A DNA stretch of 64,000 nt from an uncultured Candidatus Rokubacteria bacterium (GCA_963754315.1 CAVWFS010000008.1:396289-460288), one strand, 5' to 3'. Shown: positions 27,485-37,548, numbered from the stretch's first letter. Numbers and translations: made by a program. Notes: generated by a model from the sequence alone, not told the origin.

Positions 27485-28612
27485 ATGAAGCCCAGGAACA
27501 TCGTCATCGCCTGGTTCGCTTTCGCTCTGCCCGTGCTGATCCTTGCCGGCGTACTCTGGCGCGGTCCCGGCGACGCCGCCGCGCAGCAGAAGATCGTCTG
27601 GAAGGTGCAGAGCACCTGGCCGGCCACCAACCTGCTCCACATCTCCGCCCTCGAGCTGGCCAAGATGGTGGAGGAGATGTCGGGCGGCCGCCTCAAGTGG
27701 GAGATGTCGGCGGCCGGCACCGTGGTCCCGGCCTTCGAGGTGCTCGACGCCGTCAACCGCGGGATCATCGACGCCTCGCACGCCTGGCCGGGCTACTGGG
27801 CGGGCAAGAACTCCGCGGCCGGCCTCTTCGCGCCCGGTCCCGGCGGGCCGTTCGGTATGGACCGCGAGGAGTACCTCGGCTGGCTCTTCGCCGGTGGCGG
27901 GCTCGAGCTCTACAACGAGCTGCTGCAGAAAGAGCTCAAGATGAACGTGGTGGTGCCGGTCTTCACCACCAGCCTGCCGTACTGGGAGCCGCTCGGCTGG
28001 TTCAAGAAGCCGTTCAATAACCTCGACGACCTGCGCAAGATGCGGTTCCGCACCTCCGGCCTCGGCATGGAGATGATGAAGGGCATGGGCGTTTCGGTGG
28101 TGACGCTCGCCGGCGGCGAGGTCATCCCCGCGCTCGAGCGGGGGGCGATCGAGGGCGCCGAGTGGGCGATCCCCAGCCACGATATCCTGATGGGCTTCCA
28201 GAACGTCACCAAGAACTACTACATGCCCGACCTGCGCCAGCCCGCCTCCTACCAGGAGGTGCTGATCAACAAGGCGAAATGGGACGCGCTGCCGAAGGAC
28301 CTCCAGGCGATCGTGAAGTGGGCGGGCATGGCCGAGATCATCCGCATGACCGCGTACAGCGTGGATCAGGACAGCAAGGCCATCCAGGAGCTCGAGAACA
28401 AGCACGGGGTGAAGGTTCTCAAGACGCCGGACGACGTCCTCAAGGCCCAGCTCCCGGCCATCGACAAGGTCTACGAGGCGGAGGCCCAGAAGAACCCGTT
28501 CTTCGCCAAAGTGCTCAAGTCGCAGAAGGAATTCGCCCAGCGCGCCGTCCCCCACGCGCAGAAGATCCGGCCGCCTATCGAGGTGGTCGTGGCGCACTAC
28601 TGGAAGAAGTAG
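27485..28612 (+). CDS. dctP: Second TRAP substrate-binding protein (DctP/TakP-like)
   Basis: WKVQSTW, MSGGRL, GYWAGK, LGWFKK, GGEVIPALERGAIEGAEW. Confidence 0.93.
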   Translation: MKPRNIVIAWFAFALPVLILAGVLWRGPGDAAAQQKIVWKVQSTWPATNLLHISALELAKMVEEMSGGRLKWEMSAAGTVVPAFEVLDAVNRGIIDASHAWPGYWAGKNSAAGLFAPGPGGPFGMDREEYLGWLFAGGGLELYNELLQKELKMNVVVPVFTTSLPYWEPLGWFKKPFNNLDDLRKMRFRTSGLGMEMMKGMGVSVVTLAGGEVIPALERGAIEGAEWAIPSHDILMGFQNVTKNYYMPDLRQPASYQEVLINKAKWDALPKDLQAIVKWAGMAEIIRMTAYSVDQDSKAIQELENKHGVKVLKTPDDVLKAQLPAIDKVYEAEAQKNPFFAKVLKSQKEFAQRAVPHAQKIRPPIEVVVAHYWKK

Positions 28613-28630
28613 ACGGGCGCGCCGCCGGAC

Positions 28631-28681
28631 CTCGTGCTAGCGTCTTGTGCTAGCGTTGCTAGCGCGATACGCTAGCACGAG
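28631..28681. promoter_or_regulatory. Palindromic operator array upstream of the antitoxin
   Basis: 13-bp inverted repeat CTCGTGCTAGCGT...ACGCTAGCACGAG; four GCTAGC palindromes at 28636, 28649, 28658 and 28671. Confidence 0.75.
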
Positions 28682-28682
28682 C

Positions 28683-28910
28683 ATGGCGACGATCATTGTC
28701 CGCAACCTCGATGAGGAGGTGGCCGCGCGCCTGCGGTTGCAGGCTCGTCTGCGCGGTGTGTCGGTGGAACAGGAGGTGCGGCGGCTCCTCGCTGAGGGTA
28801 CGCAACCAAGCCGTGCCGAGATTGCAGCACGGGCCGCCGTGATCCGGGCGCGGCAGCGCCCTGGCCGGTCTCGTGGTGTGGATCTGATCAGAGACGATCG
28901 AGAGCGGTGA
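28683..28910 (+). CDS. FitA-like ribbon-helix-helix antitoxin
   Basis: MATIIVRNLDEEVAARLRLQARLRGVSVEQEVRRLL...DLIRDDRER. Confidence 0.88.
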   Translation: MATIIVRNLDEEVAARLRLQARLRGVSVEQEVRRLLAEGTQPSRAEIAARAAVIRARQRPGRSRGVDLIRDDRER

Positions 28911-29416
28911 CACCACGCCCGTCTTCTCGTGGCCGCGCCCCGCGGGTCCGCGAGCGCGTGATCCGGTACACCGCTTCCACGACGGCCCGGTCGTGGTGGA
29001 TGCCTCGATCGCCTTTCTGTGGTTCGCGAACGAGCCTAACGGGTGGGGGGCCGAGCAGCTGCTGGAGGCCGAGTCGGCGCTGCTCGCGCCCGACCTGATG
29101 GCAGCCGAGGTCAGCAATGCGTGGTGGAAGAAGCGCCGGCGTCGCGAGATGGAGCTGAGCCGACGTGGAGCAGGCCGTGACGAACCTCCTCGCGGTGGGG
29201 ATTGTCTGGACGCCTTCGACGGTACTGCTGCGGCCGGCGACCCGGCTGGCCGCCGAGATCGGTCACCCAGTCTACGATTGCCTCTATCTGACACTGGCCG
29301 CGTCGCACGCCGCGCCGCTGGCGACCGCGGATGACCGCCTGAGGCTGGCCGCCGAGCGAGTCGGCATCCGACTGATGGAGCGGTACTGGATCGGCGCCCC
29401 GATGACACGTGCGTGA
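28907..29416 (+). pseudogene. vapC: VapC PIN-domain toxin, frameshifted as assembled
   Basis: VVDASIAFLWF...APDLMAAEVSNAWWK (frame of 28993) continues as VYDCLYLTLA...LATADDRL (frame of 29165); GTGA overlap with the antitoxin. Confidence 0.8.
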
Positions 29417-29443
29417 GGGCCCGATGAAAGGGCCACGCGGCTG

Positions 29444-30538
29444 ATGGCGCCACGGCACGTCATCGTCTGCGGCGCCGGCGTCATGGGCGCCTCGGTGGCC
29501 TATTTCCTGGCGCGCCGGGGCGTCGCCGTCACCGTGGTGGAGCGCTCGGGTGTGGCGTGTGCCGCGTCGGGCAAGTCCGGCGGGTTCCTCGCCCTCGACT
29601 GGTGCGATGGGTCGCCGCTCGGTCCCCTGGCCCGGGCCAGCTTTGTGCTCCACGCGGAGCTGCCACGGCAACTCGGGACCGACTACGGCTATCGGCGCAT
29701 GGACACCTTCATGCTGGTGGCCCGCGAGCAGGGAAGCCCTGCCGGTGGCCACCGGTTGACGCCTCCGTCATGGCTCGACGGCGCTGGTGTCGTCACTGCC
29801 GCGCTCGGCTCCACCGAGACCACCGCTCAGGTCCATCCCGCCCGGTTCACCGAGGCCCTGCTCGGCGCCGCTCAGGCTCACGGAGCTGTCCTGCACATCG
29901 GCCGCGTCGAGGACGTGCTCCGGCGCGACGGCGCGGCCTGCGGCGTCAGGGTGGACGGCCAGACGATCGAGGCTGACGCCGTCGTTCTGGCCATGGGTCC
30001 GTGGACGGGCCGAGTCGCCGGACGGCTGCCACTTCCCCGCATCGGCGGGCTCAAGGGCCACAGCGTGACCCTGGCGGGGGCCGATGTTCCCGCCCACGCG
30101 CTCTTCGTCGACTACCGTACGGCGAACGGCCGTCACCTGGAACCGGAGATCTTTCCGCGCTCCGACGGTGAGGTGTACGTGTGCGGGATGGCCGACCCGT
30201 CGCCGCTGCCGGACTCGCCAGAGGACGTGGAGGTGAGCGCAATGTCGTGCGCCACCCTGGCCCGCGCCGCTGGCCGTGTGTCGACAGCGCTGGCGACCGC
30301 TCGCATCACTCGCCAGCAGGCGTGCTATCGGCCTGTCACCGACGACGGGCTCCCGCTAATCGGCCGTGTTCCAATGTTCGCCAACGTCTACGTGGCGACT
30401 GGCCACGGCCCCTGGGGGATCCTCAACGCGCCCGGCACCGGCCTCTCGCTGGCTGAGCTGATCACCGAGGGTGCCGCCTCGTCGGTCGATCTGAAGCCCT
30501 TCGACCCTGCCCGTCTGCCGGCTACGAGGCTCGGCTGA
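29444..30538 (+). CDS. FAD-dependent oxidoreductase (DAO/glycine oxidase family)
   Basis: GAGVMG Rossmann motif, ASGKSGGFL, ACYRP, ATGHGPWGILNAPGTG. Confidence 0.9.
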   Translation: MAPRHVIVCGAGVMGASVAYFLARRGVAVTVVERSGVACAASGKSGGFLALDWCDGSPLGPLARASFVLHAELPRQLGTDYGYRRMDTFMLVAREQGSPAGGHRLTPPSWLDGAGVVTAALGSTETTAQVHPARFTEALLGAAQAHGAVLHIGRVEDVLRRDGAACGVRVDGQTIEADAVVLAMGPWTGRVAGRLPLPRIGGLKGHSVTLAGADVPAHALFVDYRTANGRHLEPEIFPRSDGEVYVCGMADPSPLPDSPEDVEVSAMSCATLARAAGRVSTALATARITRQQACYRPVTDDGLPLIGRVPMFANVYVATGHGPWGILNAPGTGLSLAELITEGAASSVDLKPFDPARLPATRLG

Positions 30539-30640
30539 GCTGCACGAAGCGACAGCTGGCGTCGCGCCACGGCTGTCGCTCCGCTTGGGCCATTCATTCT
30601 CGACCCGGACGGCTGACAAGCCCTCTGCGCTGGGCCGCGT

Positions 30641-33061
30641 TCATTGGCCGGCGTTTGCGTCGATGAACTCGTCGGCCTGGGAACGCAGGGTATCCGTGCT
30701 CTGATCGACCGTGAGGAGAAACGCGACGAGATTAGCCCTGTCGGTCGCGTTGAGAATGGTTTGGATGGTGCCGCCGGCCGTACCCAGCCCGTGAAGTGGG
30801 AACACCGCCTCGAGCGTTTGCGCCGCGCCGTTGTGCAGGTACGGAGCGGTGTATCTCAGCGAGAGCAGGGAAGGAACGTTGAAGCCGGCCGCGCCGAAGG
30901 GCAGCGCGCCGTTCTGGCGGATCTCGATGGGGTTAGTGGGAATGAACGTCCCCACATTTTCCAGATACTTGAAGATATTCGACCCGATCGTGAGCTGAGT
31001 GATCTGGGCGGCAATGTTGGTCACCCCCGGGTCGAGGGGGGTACCACCCAGGGCGGGGTCACGATTGAAGGCCGGATTGTCGCGGTGAAGAATTGTGCTC
31101 TTCGTCCACTTGGGGCCGCCGTGGCAGGACGCGCAGTTGGCCTGGAAGACGGTGCGCCCCGCCGAGGCGGCGGCTGGACTGGCGGCCGCGGGGGCCCGAA
31201 GCGAACGTACCGCGAGGGCGATCCAGAAGGTCTGGGCGTCGAGGGCGTCGCTGACACCGAACACCGGGCCGTGGTCATAGACCGAGGCCGGGTCGTCGGC
31301 GAAGCCGATGCCGCCCTGGACGGCGCGCGAGTTCTGGTTGAAGTCTGTATTGCTCCCGCGGTTGAAGGACCACAGGATGCCCCGCTGGTCGAGCTGGTTG
31401 TGCTTGCTGTAGGTGCCGTCGAGAGGGATCGTCGACCGCGGGCCGGCGGCAAAGATCCAGGTGACGTTGTCCGAGAGCCCCTCCGGGTGGCAGGATGCGC
31501 ATGAGCTCCACGCATCTCTCGACTGCTTGCCACGGAACTGGAGCGGGTCGAAGTTGCGGATGGGGGTGTCGAAGATGCCGTTGTTGGGGATGCCGAGGGC
31601 CGTGAAGAAGGCGAGCTTGCCCACGAGGATCGCGTGCTCGATGGTCCCTGGCCCCGGCGGGGTGCCGGACGGGAAGTCTCGGGTGATGAGGGTGTTCGTG
31701 TTCAGATTGATGATGCTGACCGAGACGTTGACCTCGTTGTTGACATATGCGCGCAGACCGCCTTGGGAGTCTTCCCGGATGACGACCCCGTTGGGGATGT
31801 TGCCCACCTGGAAGCGTGTCAGCGCCGTTGGTCCCCCGCCGCCGCACACGAGCTGGTTGCCGCCACGACTGATCCCGCAGATTCGGCTGGCGTCGGCAGT
31901 GGCATCCAGGGCGACGACGTCGTTGAGGAAGGTCCTGAGCAGGCTGGTGGTAGGATTCGCGGGCGCCGGTTCGAGGTCCACGAGAGTGTTGACGTTCAGC
32001 GCCGCCACCTGGGCGCGCGAGGGGATGTCGACGAGGTGCAAGAGGGCCTGGACGTTGGTGTTGAAGTTGATGTTCTGCACGGGAGGCTCCGGCTGAGCCC
32101 CGATACTCAGGACGAAGAGCTGGGTCCCTCGGATCAAGAGCGCGCCCAGCTGATTGGGGAACACGCCCTGCGGGTCTTGGACGATGATGGCACTGCCGGC
32201 CGGCGCCGTGGTGTCCGGGCAGAACGTGTTGTTGACGGCGGCGGGATTGAGGTGGGTACAGAGGTTCGTGCGATTGGCGGTGAAGCCGGAGTTAGCCAAG
32301 GGCTGCAGGTTGATCCGTAAGGGGGGTGAGGCGGATCCGACCAAGAACGACAGGACGACGCCTTGCTTGCCGTTGTCGAATCCTTCTCCCGGACCGCCCG
32401 GGATCAACTCGGCGAAGAACAACGACACGAAGACCGTCTCGTCCACGTCGATCGGGTCACCATTGTTGGTGATGGCGATGGCCTCCGGATTGCCGCCCAC
32501 GTCGTGGACCCGCAGGATCGTCCGGAGCTGTGGAGATATCTCGAAGACCTTGCCGGTGAAATCGGCCACGTAGAGCCTTGACGCGTTCGGCGTCAGCGCG
32601 CAGCCGCGCAGCTCGGTGCCCACGGCAATCTCGGCCACCACGTTCGGAGTGTCGGCGAGGCTGATGACGGAGACGGTCCCGTTGCCCGAGCTCGTCACGT
32701 AGGCCTCGCCGTCGTTAGGACTGACGGCCACGCAGCGAGGTTCCGGGCCCACCGAGACCTCCCCGAGCTTCACCGGGGGATCTACGTCGACCAGAAAGGG
32801 GATTATCCCGAAGAGGAACTCCACTCTACCCACCTGGATGACGGAAACGCTGTTCGTCTCTCGGTTGGCGACCACGATCCGGGTGCCATCGTTCGTGAGG
32901 GCGATCGTCGTCGATCGCGATGGCCTCGTCAGGGTGAGTCCATTCGATCGCGCCGGGCGGGAGACGGCGAGGCCCCCGAGCACGACCACCGCTCCCAAGG
33001 CGACAAGGCATGCCTTGCGTCCACTGCTCGATCGACACACGGAGAACACGGCGCGACTCAT
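30641..33061 (-). CDS. Secreted YVTN beta-propeller fused to a di-heme cytochrome c (CCP/MauG-like) domain
   Basis: N-terminal signal/anchor; blades VANRETNSVSVI, YVTSSGNGTVSVI, YVAD, YVNNEVNVSVSII; two CASCH motifs; FNVPSL...TAPYLHNG tail. Confidence 0.85.
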   Translation of the reverse strand: MSRAVFSVCRSSSGRKACLVALGAVVVLGGLAVSRPARSNGLTLTRPSRSTTIALTNDGTRIVVANRETNSVSVIQVGRVEFLFGIIPFLVDVDPPVKLGEVSVGPEPRCVAVSPNDGEAYVTSSGNGTVSVISLADTPNVVAEIAVGTELRGCALTPNASRLYVADFTGKVFEISPQLRTILRVHDVGGNPEAIAITNNGDPIDVDETVFVSLFFAELIPGGPGEGFDNGKQGVVLSFLVGSASPPLRINLQPLANSGFTANRTNLCTHLNPAAVNNTFCPDTTAPAGSAIIVQDPQGVFPNQLGALLIRGTQLFVLSIGAQPEPPVQNINFNTNVQALLHLVDIPSRAQVAALNVNTLVDLEPAPANPTTSLLRTFLNDVVALDATADASRICGISRGGNQLVCGGGGPTALTRFQVGNIPNGVVIREDSQGGLRAYVNNEVNVSVSIINLNTNTLITRDFPSGTPPGPGTIEHAILVGKLAFFTALGIPNNGIFDTPIRNFDPLQFRGKQSRDAWSSCASCHPEGLSDNVTWIFAAGPRSTIPLDGTYSKHNQLDQRGILWSFNRGSNTDFNQNSRAVQGGIGFADDPASVYDHGPVFGVSDALDAQTFWIALAVRSLRAPAAASPAAASAGRTVFQANCASCHGGPKWTKSTILHRDNPAFNRDPALGGTPLDPGVTNIAAQITQLTIGSNIFKYLENVGTFIPTNPIEIRQNGALPFGAAGFNVPSLLSLRYTAPYLHNGAAQTLEAVFPLHGLGTAGGTIQTILNATDRANLVAFLLTVDQSTDTLRSQADEFIDANAGQ

Positions 33062-33254
33062 GGCGTCTCCTCCTGCGATGGACCAGATTGCGTTTCCGCC
33101 TCAGCTCAGGCTCCGACACGAGCTTAGGGCAACGGCGCGTCCGCAGTCACAAAATCTGAGTAAGAATTCGGTAAGAGGTGCGATTCGTCCATGATGCATC
33201 GCATCGTGCAGACACGCTACCCCTTTAATATTGCGGGGCCACCCATGAATGCGC

Positions 33255-34265
33255 TCACCGGCAGGAGGGGAGCACCTGATCGCCGAACAGCTTGATGGCC
33301 TCCATGATCTTTGCGTGAGGTGGGCCGCCGGAGTGGGCATGCCGCAGGCGGAGCAGGAAATAATCGGCGCCAGTGGCCTCGTGCCAGCGACGGAACTCGC
33401 GCACGCACGTCTCGGGATCGCCCAGAATGAGCCGATCAGGGGCGAGGTTCTCCAGGGTGAATTCCGTGCCCGGGGGAATGTTGCGAAACTCTGACAGTCG
33501 ATTCTGCCAATAGTAGCGATACGCCGCCATCACCTCGGGGCCGTACACGGCGTCAGCCTCGGCGCGAGTGCGGGCCACCCACGCATCGCGCATCAGGACC
33601 ACCTGTGGTTGCCGGCCTGCCTGCCGGGCAGCCTCCTTGTACGTCTCGGCCAGGCGCACCGCGCCGGCGAGGGTGGTACTGGGAGTGCCAACGAAAGCGT
33701 CGGCCAGGACACCTGCACGGCGTAGGGCAGCCGGGACGCTGGCGCCGATCCATAGCGGTGGTCCCGGCCGCTGGAATGGCTTCGGGCGAATGCAGACGTC
33801 CTCCAGCGTGTAATGCTTGCCGCGGAAGGAGAAGGGCTCACCGGTGAAAGACTTACGGATGATCTCCACGCCCTCCTCGAAGAGCGCCACGCGGTGCTCC
33901 ATGGCCACGGAGAACGCGCGGAAGTCTGCAGCTTGGTAGCCGATACCCACACCGAGGACGAGTCGGCCCTTGGAAACGAGATCGAGGGTGATGGCATCCT
34001 CGGCGATTCGCACCGGATGATGAAGCGGCAGCAAGATGACCGACGTGCCAACGCGCAAGCGGCGGGTGTGGGCGGCCACGGCCGTGGCCACGATGAGGGG
34101 CGAGGGCAGGAAGCCGTCGGCGTCCTGGTGGTGCTCACCGAAGAAACACGAATCGAAGCCGCTGGCCTCGGCCAGCTGAGCCTCGGCGATGACCTCGTCG
34201 ATCGCGCGGTCCAGATGCTCACCCCGCGGGGGATTGGCGATGGAGCTATAGAGACCGAATTGCAT
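33255..34265 (-). CDS. LLM-class flavin-dependent oxidoreductase
   Basis: GFDSCFFGEHH, LLPLHHPVRIAED, GRLVLGVGIGY, PKPFQRPGPPLWIG. Confidence 0.92.
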   Translation of the reverse strand: MQFGLYSSIANPPRGEHLDRAIDEVIAEAQLAEASGFDSCFFGEHHQDADGFLPSPLIVATAVAAHTRRLRVGTSVILLPLHHPVRIAEDAITLDLVSKGRLVLGVGIGYQAADFRAFSVAMEHRVALFEEGVEIIRKSFTGEPFSFRGKHYTLEDVCIRPKPFQRPGPPLWIGASVPAALRRAGVLADAFVGTPSTTLAGAVRLAETYKEAARQAGRQPQVVLMRDAWVARTRAEADAVYGPEVMAAYRYYWQNRLSEFRNIPPGTEFTLENLAPDRLILGDPETCVREFRRWHEATGADYFLLRLRHAHSGGPPHAKIMEAIKLFGDQVLPSCR

Positions 34266-34281
34266 GGAGGCTTCCTCCCTC

Positions 34282-35328
34282 TCAGTCCAGCCGGTACGCG
34301 CGCCGGGCCGTTCCGCTGAAGAGCGCCAGCTTCTCGGCCGCCGACGCGCCGGCGGCGATGCGCTTGAACGCGTTCCACAGGGCGGCCCACCCGATGCCCA
34401 TCTTCTCCACCGGGAAATTGCTCTCGAACATGCAGCGATCCGCCCCGAACAGCTCGATGCACGGCTCGATGTAGGGACGCCAGAGCGTGGCGAGGTCGAC
34501 CGACGACGGCGGAGCGGCCTTCGTTCGATAGTCGTAGGCGGCCAGCCGCATCATCATGCCCCCCAGCTTCATGACCACGTTCGGGCACTCCGCCAGCTCG
34601 GTGACGCCCGCTTTCCAGACGGCGAACACTTCCTGGTGCTTGCCCGTGTAGGGACCGTAGCCGAGAGGGCCACCCACGTGGTTCACGATGATGTTCGCAT
34701 GGGGAAAGGCTCGAGCCAGATCAGTGATGTCGGCCAGCTGCGGATGGAAGGCCCAGGCGTCAAGCGACAGGCCGAGCGCGGTCAAACGGGCGAGGCCGGC
34801 GCGGAAGTCCCCTTGCTGCATCAGATGGGGCCCATGCGCGGTCCGGCTGTTGCCGATCACGTCGCTCGTGTCCCACGCCGCCGCGTGTCGCACGCCCCGG
34901 AAGCGCGCACCCCCGGCCCGGATGTTCGCTTCCAGCACAGGCTCGACTCGGTCCCCGAGGGTGAGGTCGGCAAAGCCGACGATGCCGGCCGCGACGCGCG
35001 TCCTGCCATAGAGGCCGCTCTCGCTCATGGCGGCCACACCGGCCACGAACTCGGTCTGCCCGACGGGCCGCATGTCGGCCGGGCCGTGGGCGCGGTACAT
35101 GGCATTGCATTCCACGAACACGGTGGCCTCGACGTTGTGTCCTGAGTTGACGTCGGCGAGAAACTCGTGGAGCAGATACCGATGGTCCGGACGCTCCCAC
35201 AGATGATGGTGCGTGTCGATGATAGGCAGTTCGGCATCGAGAATAGGCTCGGCCGGCTGCTTGGCGAGCCATGCCTCGTCGGGCGCGTAGATCCTCCCGA
35301 ACTGGGTCGGGCGCGTGGGCTCTGGCAC
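34282..35328 (-). CDS. Amidohydrolase-2 family protein
   Basis: IDTHHHLW, RGVRH, NHVGGP, KLGG, RCMFESNFPV. Confidence 0.9.
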   Translation of the reverse strand: MPEPTRPTQFGRIYAPDEAWLAKQPAEPILDAELPIIDTHHHLWERPDHRYLLHEFLADVNSGHNVEATVFVECNAMYRAHGPADMRPVGQTEFVAGVAAMSESGLYGRTRVAAGIVGFADLTLGDRVEPVLEANIRAGGARFRGVRHAAAWDTSDVIGNSRTAHGPHLMQQGDFRAGLARLTALGLSLDAWAFHPQLADITDLARAFPHANIIVNHVGGPLGYGPYTGKHQEVFAVWKAGVTELAECPNVVMKLGGMMMRLAAYDYRTKAAPPSSVDLATLWRPYIEPCIELFGADRCMFESNFPVEKMGIGWAALWNAFKRIAAGASAAEKLALFSGTARRAYRLD

Positions 35329-35346
35329 CGAGTTCTCTCTGCCTCC

Positions 35347-36201
35347 TCAGGCGCGGGCCTGATGGATGAAGCGAGCACAGCGGTCGAGGACGGGCAACAC
35401 CTCGTCGGCCTTGGCCGGCGCCACGTTGAAGACGAGGCGGGCGACGCCGGCGTCACGGTAACGCTTGATGAGATCGAGATCCTCCGTCACCCCGAAGATC
35501 GTGATGGGGAGGGTGTGGGGATCGCGCCCGGCCGCAGCAGCCATCGTGCGGAACTCGGGCAGGAGGCCGAGCACATCGCCATAGGCGGGACGTCGCGCAT
35601 GGGGTACCCAGCCGTCCCCGTAGGCGATGGCGCGCCGCGCCCCGTACGGATAGGCCCCGCCGACGATCACGGGTGGATGCGGCTTCTGCACAGGCTTCGG
35701 CCAGGTCATCATCGGCGGAAACTGCACGAACTGACCGCTATATTCCGGCTTGGACTTCGTCCAGATCACCTTCATGGCTTCCACCCGCTCCCGCATGACC
35801 TCGAAGCGGGACTTGAAGGCCGTGCCGTGATCGGCCATCTCCTCGGCATTCCAGCCGGCTCCGATACCGAACAGAAATCGACCCCCCGAGATCTGATCGA
35901 GGGTGGCCACCTGCTTCGCGGTCTGGATCGGATCGCGCTGGACGATCAGACAGACTCCGGTCGCGACCTTCAGGGTGACGGTCGCCGCCGCCGCCGCCGC
36001 CAAGGTCACGAAGGGATCCATCACGTCGTAGTATTTCTTGGGCAGGTCGCCCCCTTGCGGGAAGGGCGACTGGCGAGACAGCGGGATATGCGAGTGCTCG
36101 GGCGCCCAGAGCGATTCGAATCCGCGCTCCTCCAGGGCCCCGCCCAGCGCAGCCGGCCCGATCGAGTAGTCCGTGAAGAAAATTGCCGCTCCGAACTCCA
36201 T
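35347..36201 (-). CDS. LLM-class, probably F420-dependent, oxidoreductase
   Basis: EERGFESLWAPEHSHIP, DPFVTL, AKQVATLD, GAGWNAEE, PKPVQKPHPP. Confidence 0.9.
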   Translation of the reverse strand: MEFGAAIFFTDYSIGPAALGGALEERGFESLWAPEHSHIPLSRQSPFPQGGDLPKKYYDVMDPFVTLAAAAAATVTLKVATGVCLIVQRDPIQTAKQVATLDQISGGRFLFGIGAGWNAEEMADHGTAFKSRFEVMRERVEAMKVIWTKSKPEYSGQFVQFPPMMTWPKPVQKPHPPVIVGGAYPYGARRAIAYGDGWVPHARRPAYGDVLGLLPEFRTMAAAAGRDPHTLPITIFGVTEDLDLIKRYRDAGVARLVFNVAPAKADEVLPVLDRCARFIHQARA

Positions 36202-36316
36202 CTCTCTGCCTCCTCTCACTGCCCCGGTATCTGCGGCCCCCAGCATAACGGCAGGACCGGGGCTCGCGCCATGGCCCGCGGCGGGAGCACGCTATAATCC
36301 GCCCGGTGTGGTTCCG

Positions 36317-37534
36317 ATGCCCAGCGTGACCACGGACGAGCCGCTCCTCGCCGGCCTCACTGTCCTCGACTTCACGCGTGTCCTCGCCGGCCCGTATTGC
36401 ACGCGGATGCTGGCCGACCTCGGCGCGCGCGTGATCAAGGTCGAGCGGCCGGGCGAGGGTGACGAGGTCCGGCGGGGTGTGCTCCAGCTGGAGGACGGCC
36501 GCGCCGATCAGGGGACCTATTTCGTCCGTATCAACGCCGGCAAGCTCGGTGTGGCCATCGATCTCACTGGCCCGCGCGGGCGTGAGGTGGTACGCGACAT
36601 CGTCCGCGTGGCTGACGTCGTGGTCGAGAACTTCGTTCCCGGCGTGATGGCCCGACTTGGTTGCGACTACCGAGCGCTGTCCGAGGTCAAGGCCGATCTC
36701 GTCTACTGCTCGATCTCCGGATTCGGCCAGAATGGTCCGCTCAGCGGGATGCAGGCATTCGCCCACATCATCAACGCGATTTCCGGAGTGATGGCGCTCG
36801 AGCGCGAGCCCAGTCCGCATCCGCGCGTAACCTATCTACAGGCAGCCGATGTGCTCGCCGGCACCCATGCCTTCGGAGCCATCCTGGCCGCGCTGCTCCG
36901 CCGATCGCGGACGGGGCAGGGCGCTTACCTGGACGTTTCCATGCTCGAGTGTCTGGTGGCGGCCGAGGATGTCACCTACGGGAGCATCCTGAACGGCGGA
37001 CCGGTTTCGGTGGGGCCCCGCGTCGGCATGGTGGTCCATCCCATTGGCGAAGGCTACCTCGCCCTGCAGACCGTGGGTGCACCGCAGCTGTGGCCTCGTC
37101 TGCTTCAGCTCATCGGCCGACCGGAGCTCGCCGAAGATCCACAGTTCGCCACACCCGCCGCCCGGCGAGACAACTGGCCGACGCTCCGCGACATCATCAC
37201 CGGCTGGCTCGGTCGGTTCGCGAAGGTCGACGAGGCGGTAGCGACCCTCACCGCAGCCCGCATCCCTGCCGTGCCGGTCCTGTCGCCGGAGGAAGTGGTC
37301 AACCATCCGCACCTGGCCGCCCGCGGGGCCTTCCCGACGGTGCCTCATCCGGGGCGCGGCACGGTGCGGGTCACGGCGACGCCGTTCCACGTGGATGGCC
37401 GGCCGTCGAAACCCGGTGGTCCCGCACCCTATCGGGTGGGCGAGCACACCAGGCAAGTCTTGCGCGATGTGCTCGGCTATGACCCGACTCGGATCGCGGA
37501 GCTCGAGCGGGCCGGTGTGATCCAGACCGCGTAG
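36317..37534 (+). CDS. Class III CoA-transferase (CaiB/BaiF family)
   Basis: LDFTRVLAGP, VIKVERP, DVVVENFVPG, YCSISGFGQ, catalytic Asp in AADVLAG. Confidence 0.92.
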   Translation: MPSVTTDEPLLAGLTVLDFTRVLAGPYCTRMLADLGARVIKVERPGEGDEVRRGVLQLEDGRADQGTYFVRINAGKLGVAIDLTGPRGREVVRDIVRVADVVVENFVPGVMARLGCDYRALSEVKADLVYCSISGFGQNGPLSGMQAFAHIINAISGVMALEREPSPHPRVTYLQAADVLAGTHAFGAILAALLRRSRTGQGAYLDVSMLECLVAAEDVTYGSILNGGPVSVGPRVGMVVHPIGEGYLALQTVGAPQLWPRLLQLIGRPELAEDPQFATPAARRDNWPTLRDIITGWLGRFAKVDEAVATLTAARIPAVPVLSPEEVVNHPHLAARGAFPTVPHPGRGTVRVTATPFHVDGRPSKPGGPAPYRVGEHTRQVLRDVLGYDPTRIAELERAGVIQTA

Positions 37535-37548
37535 CACGGGAGAACGCA

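Noticed and set aside
30641-33061. Hydrazine synthase (anammox) or cytochrome cd1 nitrite reductase
   Set aside because: No HzsA or other anammox genes are present. NirS has a single N-terminal heme c before the propeller, the opposite arrangement.
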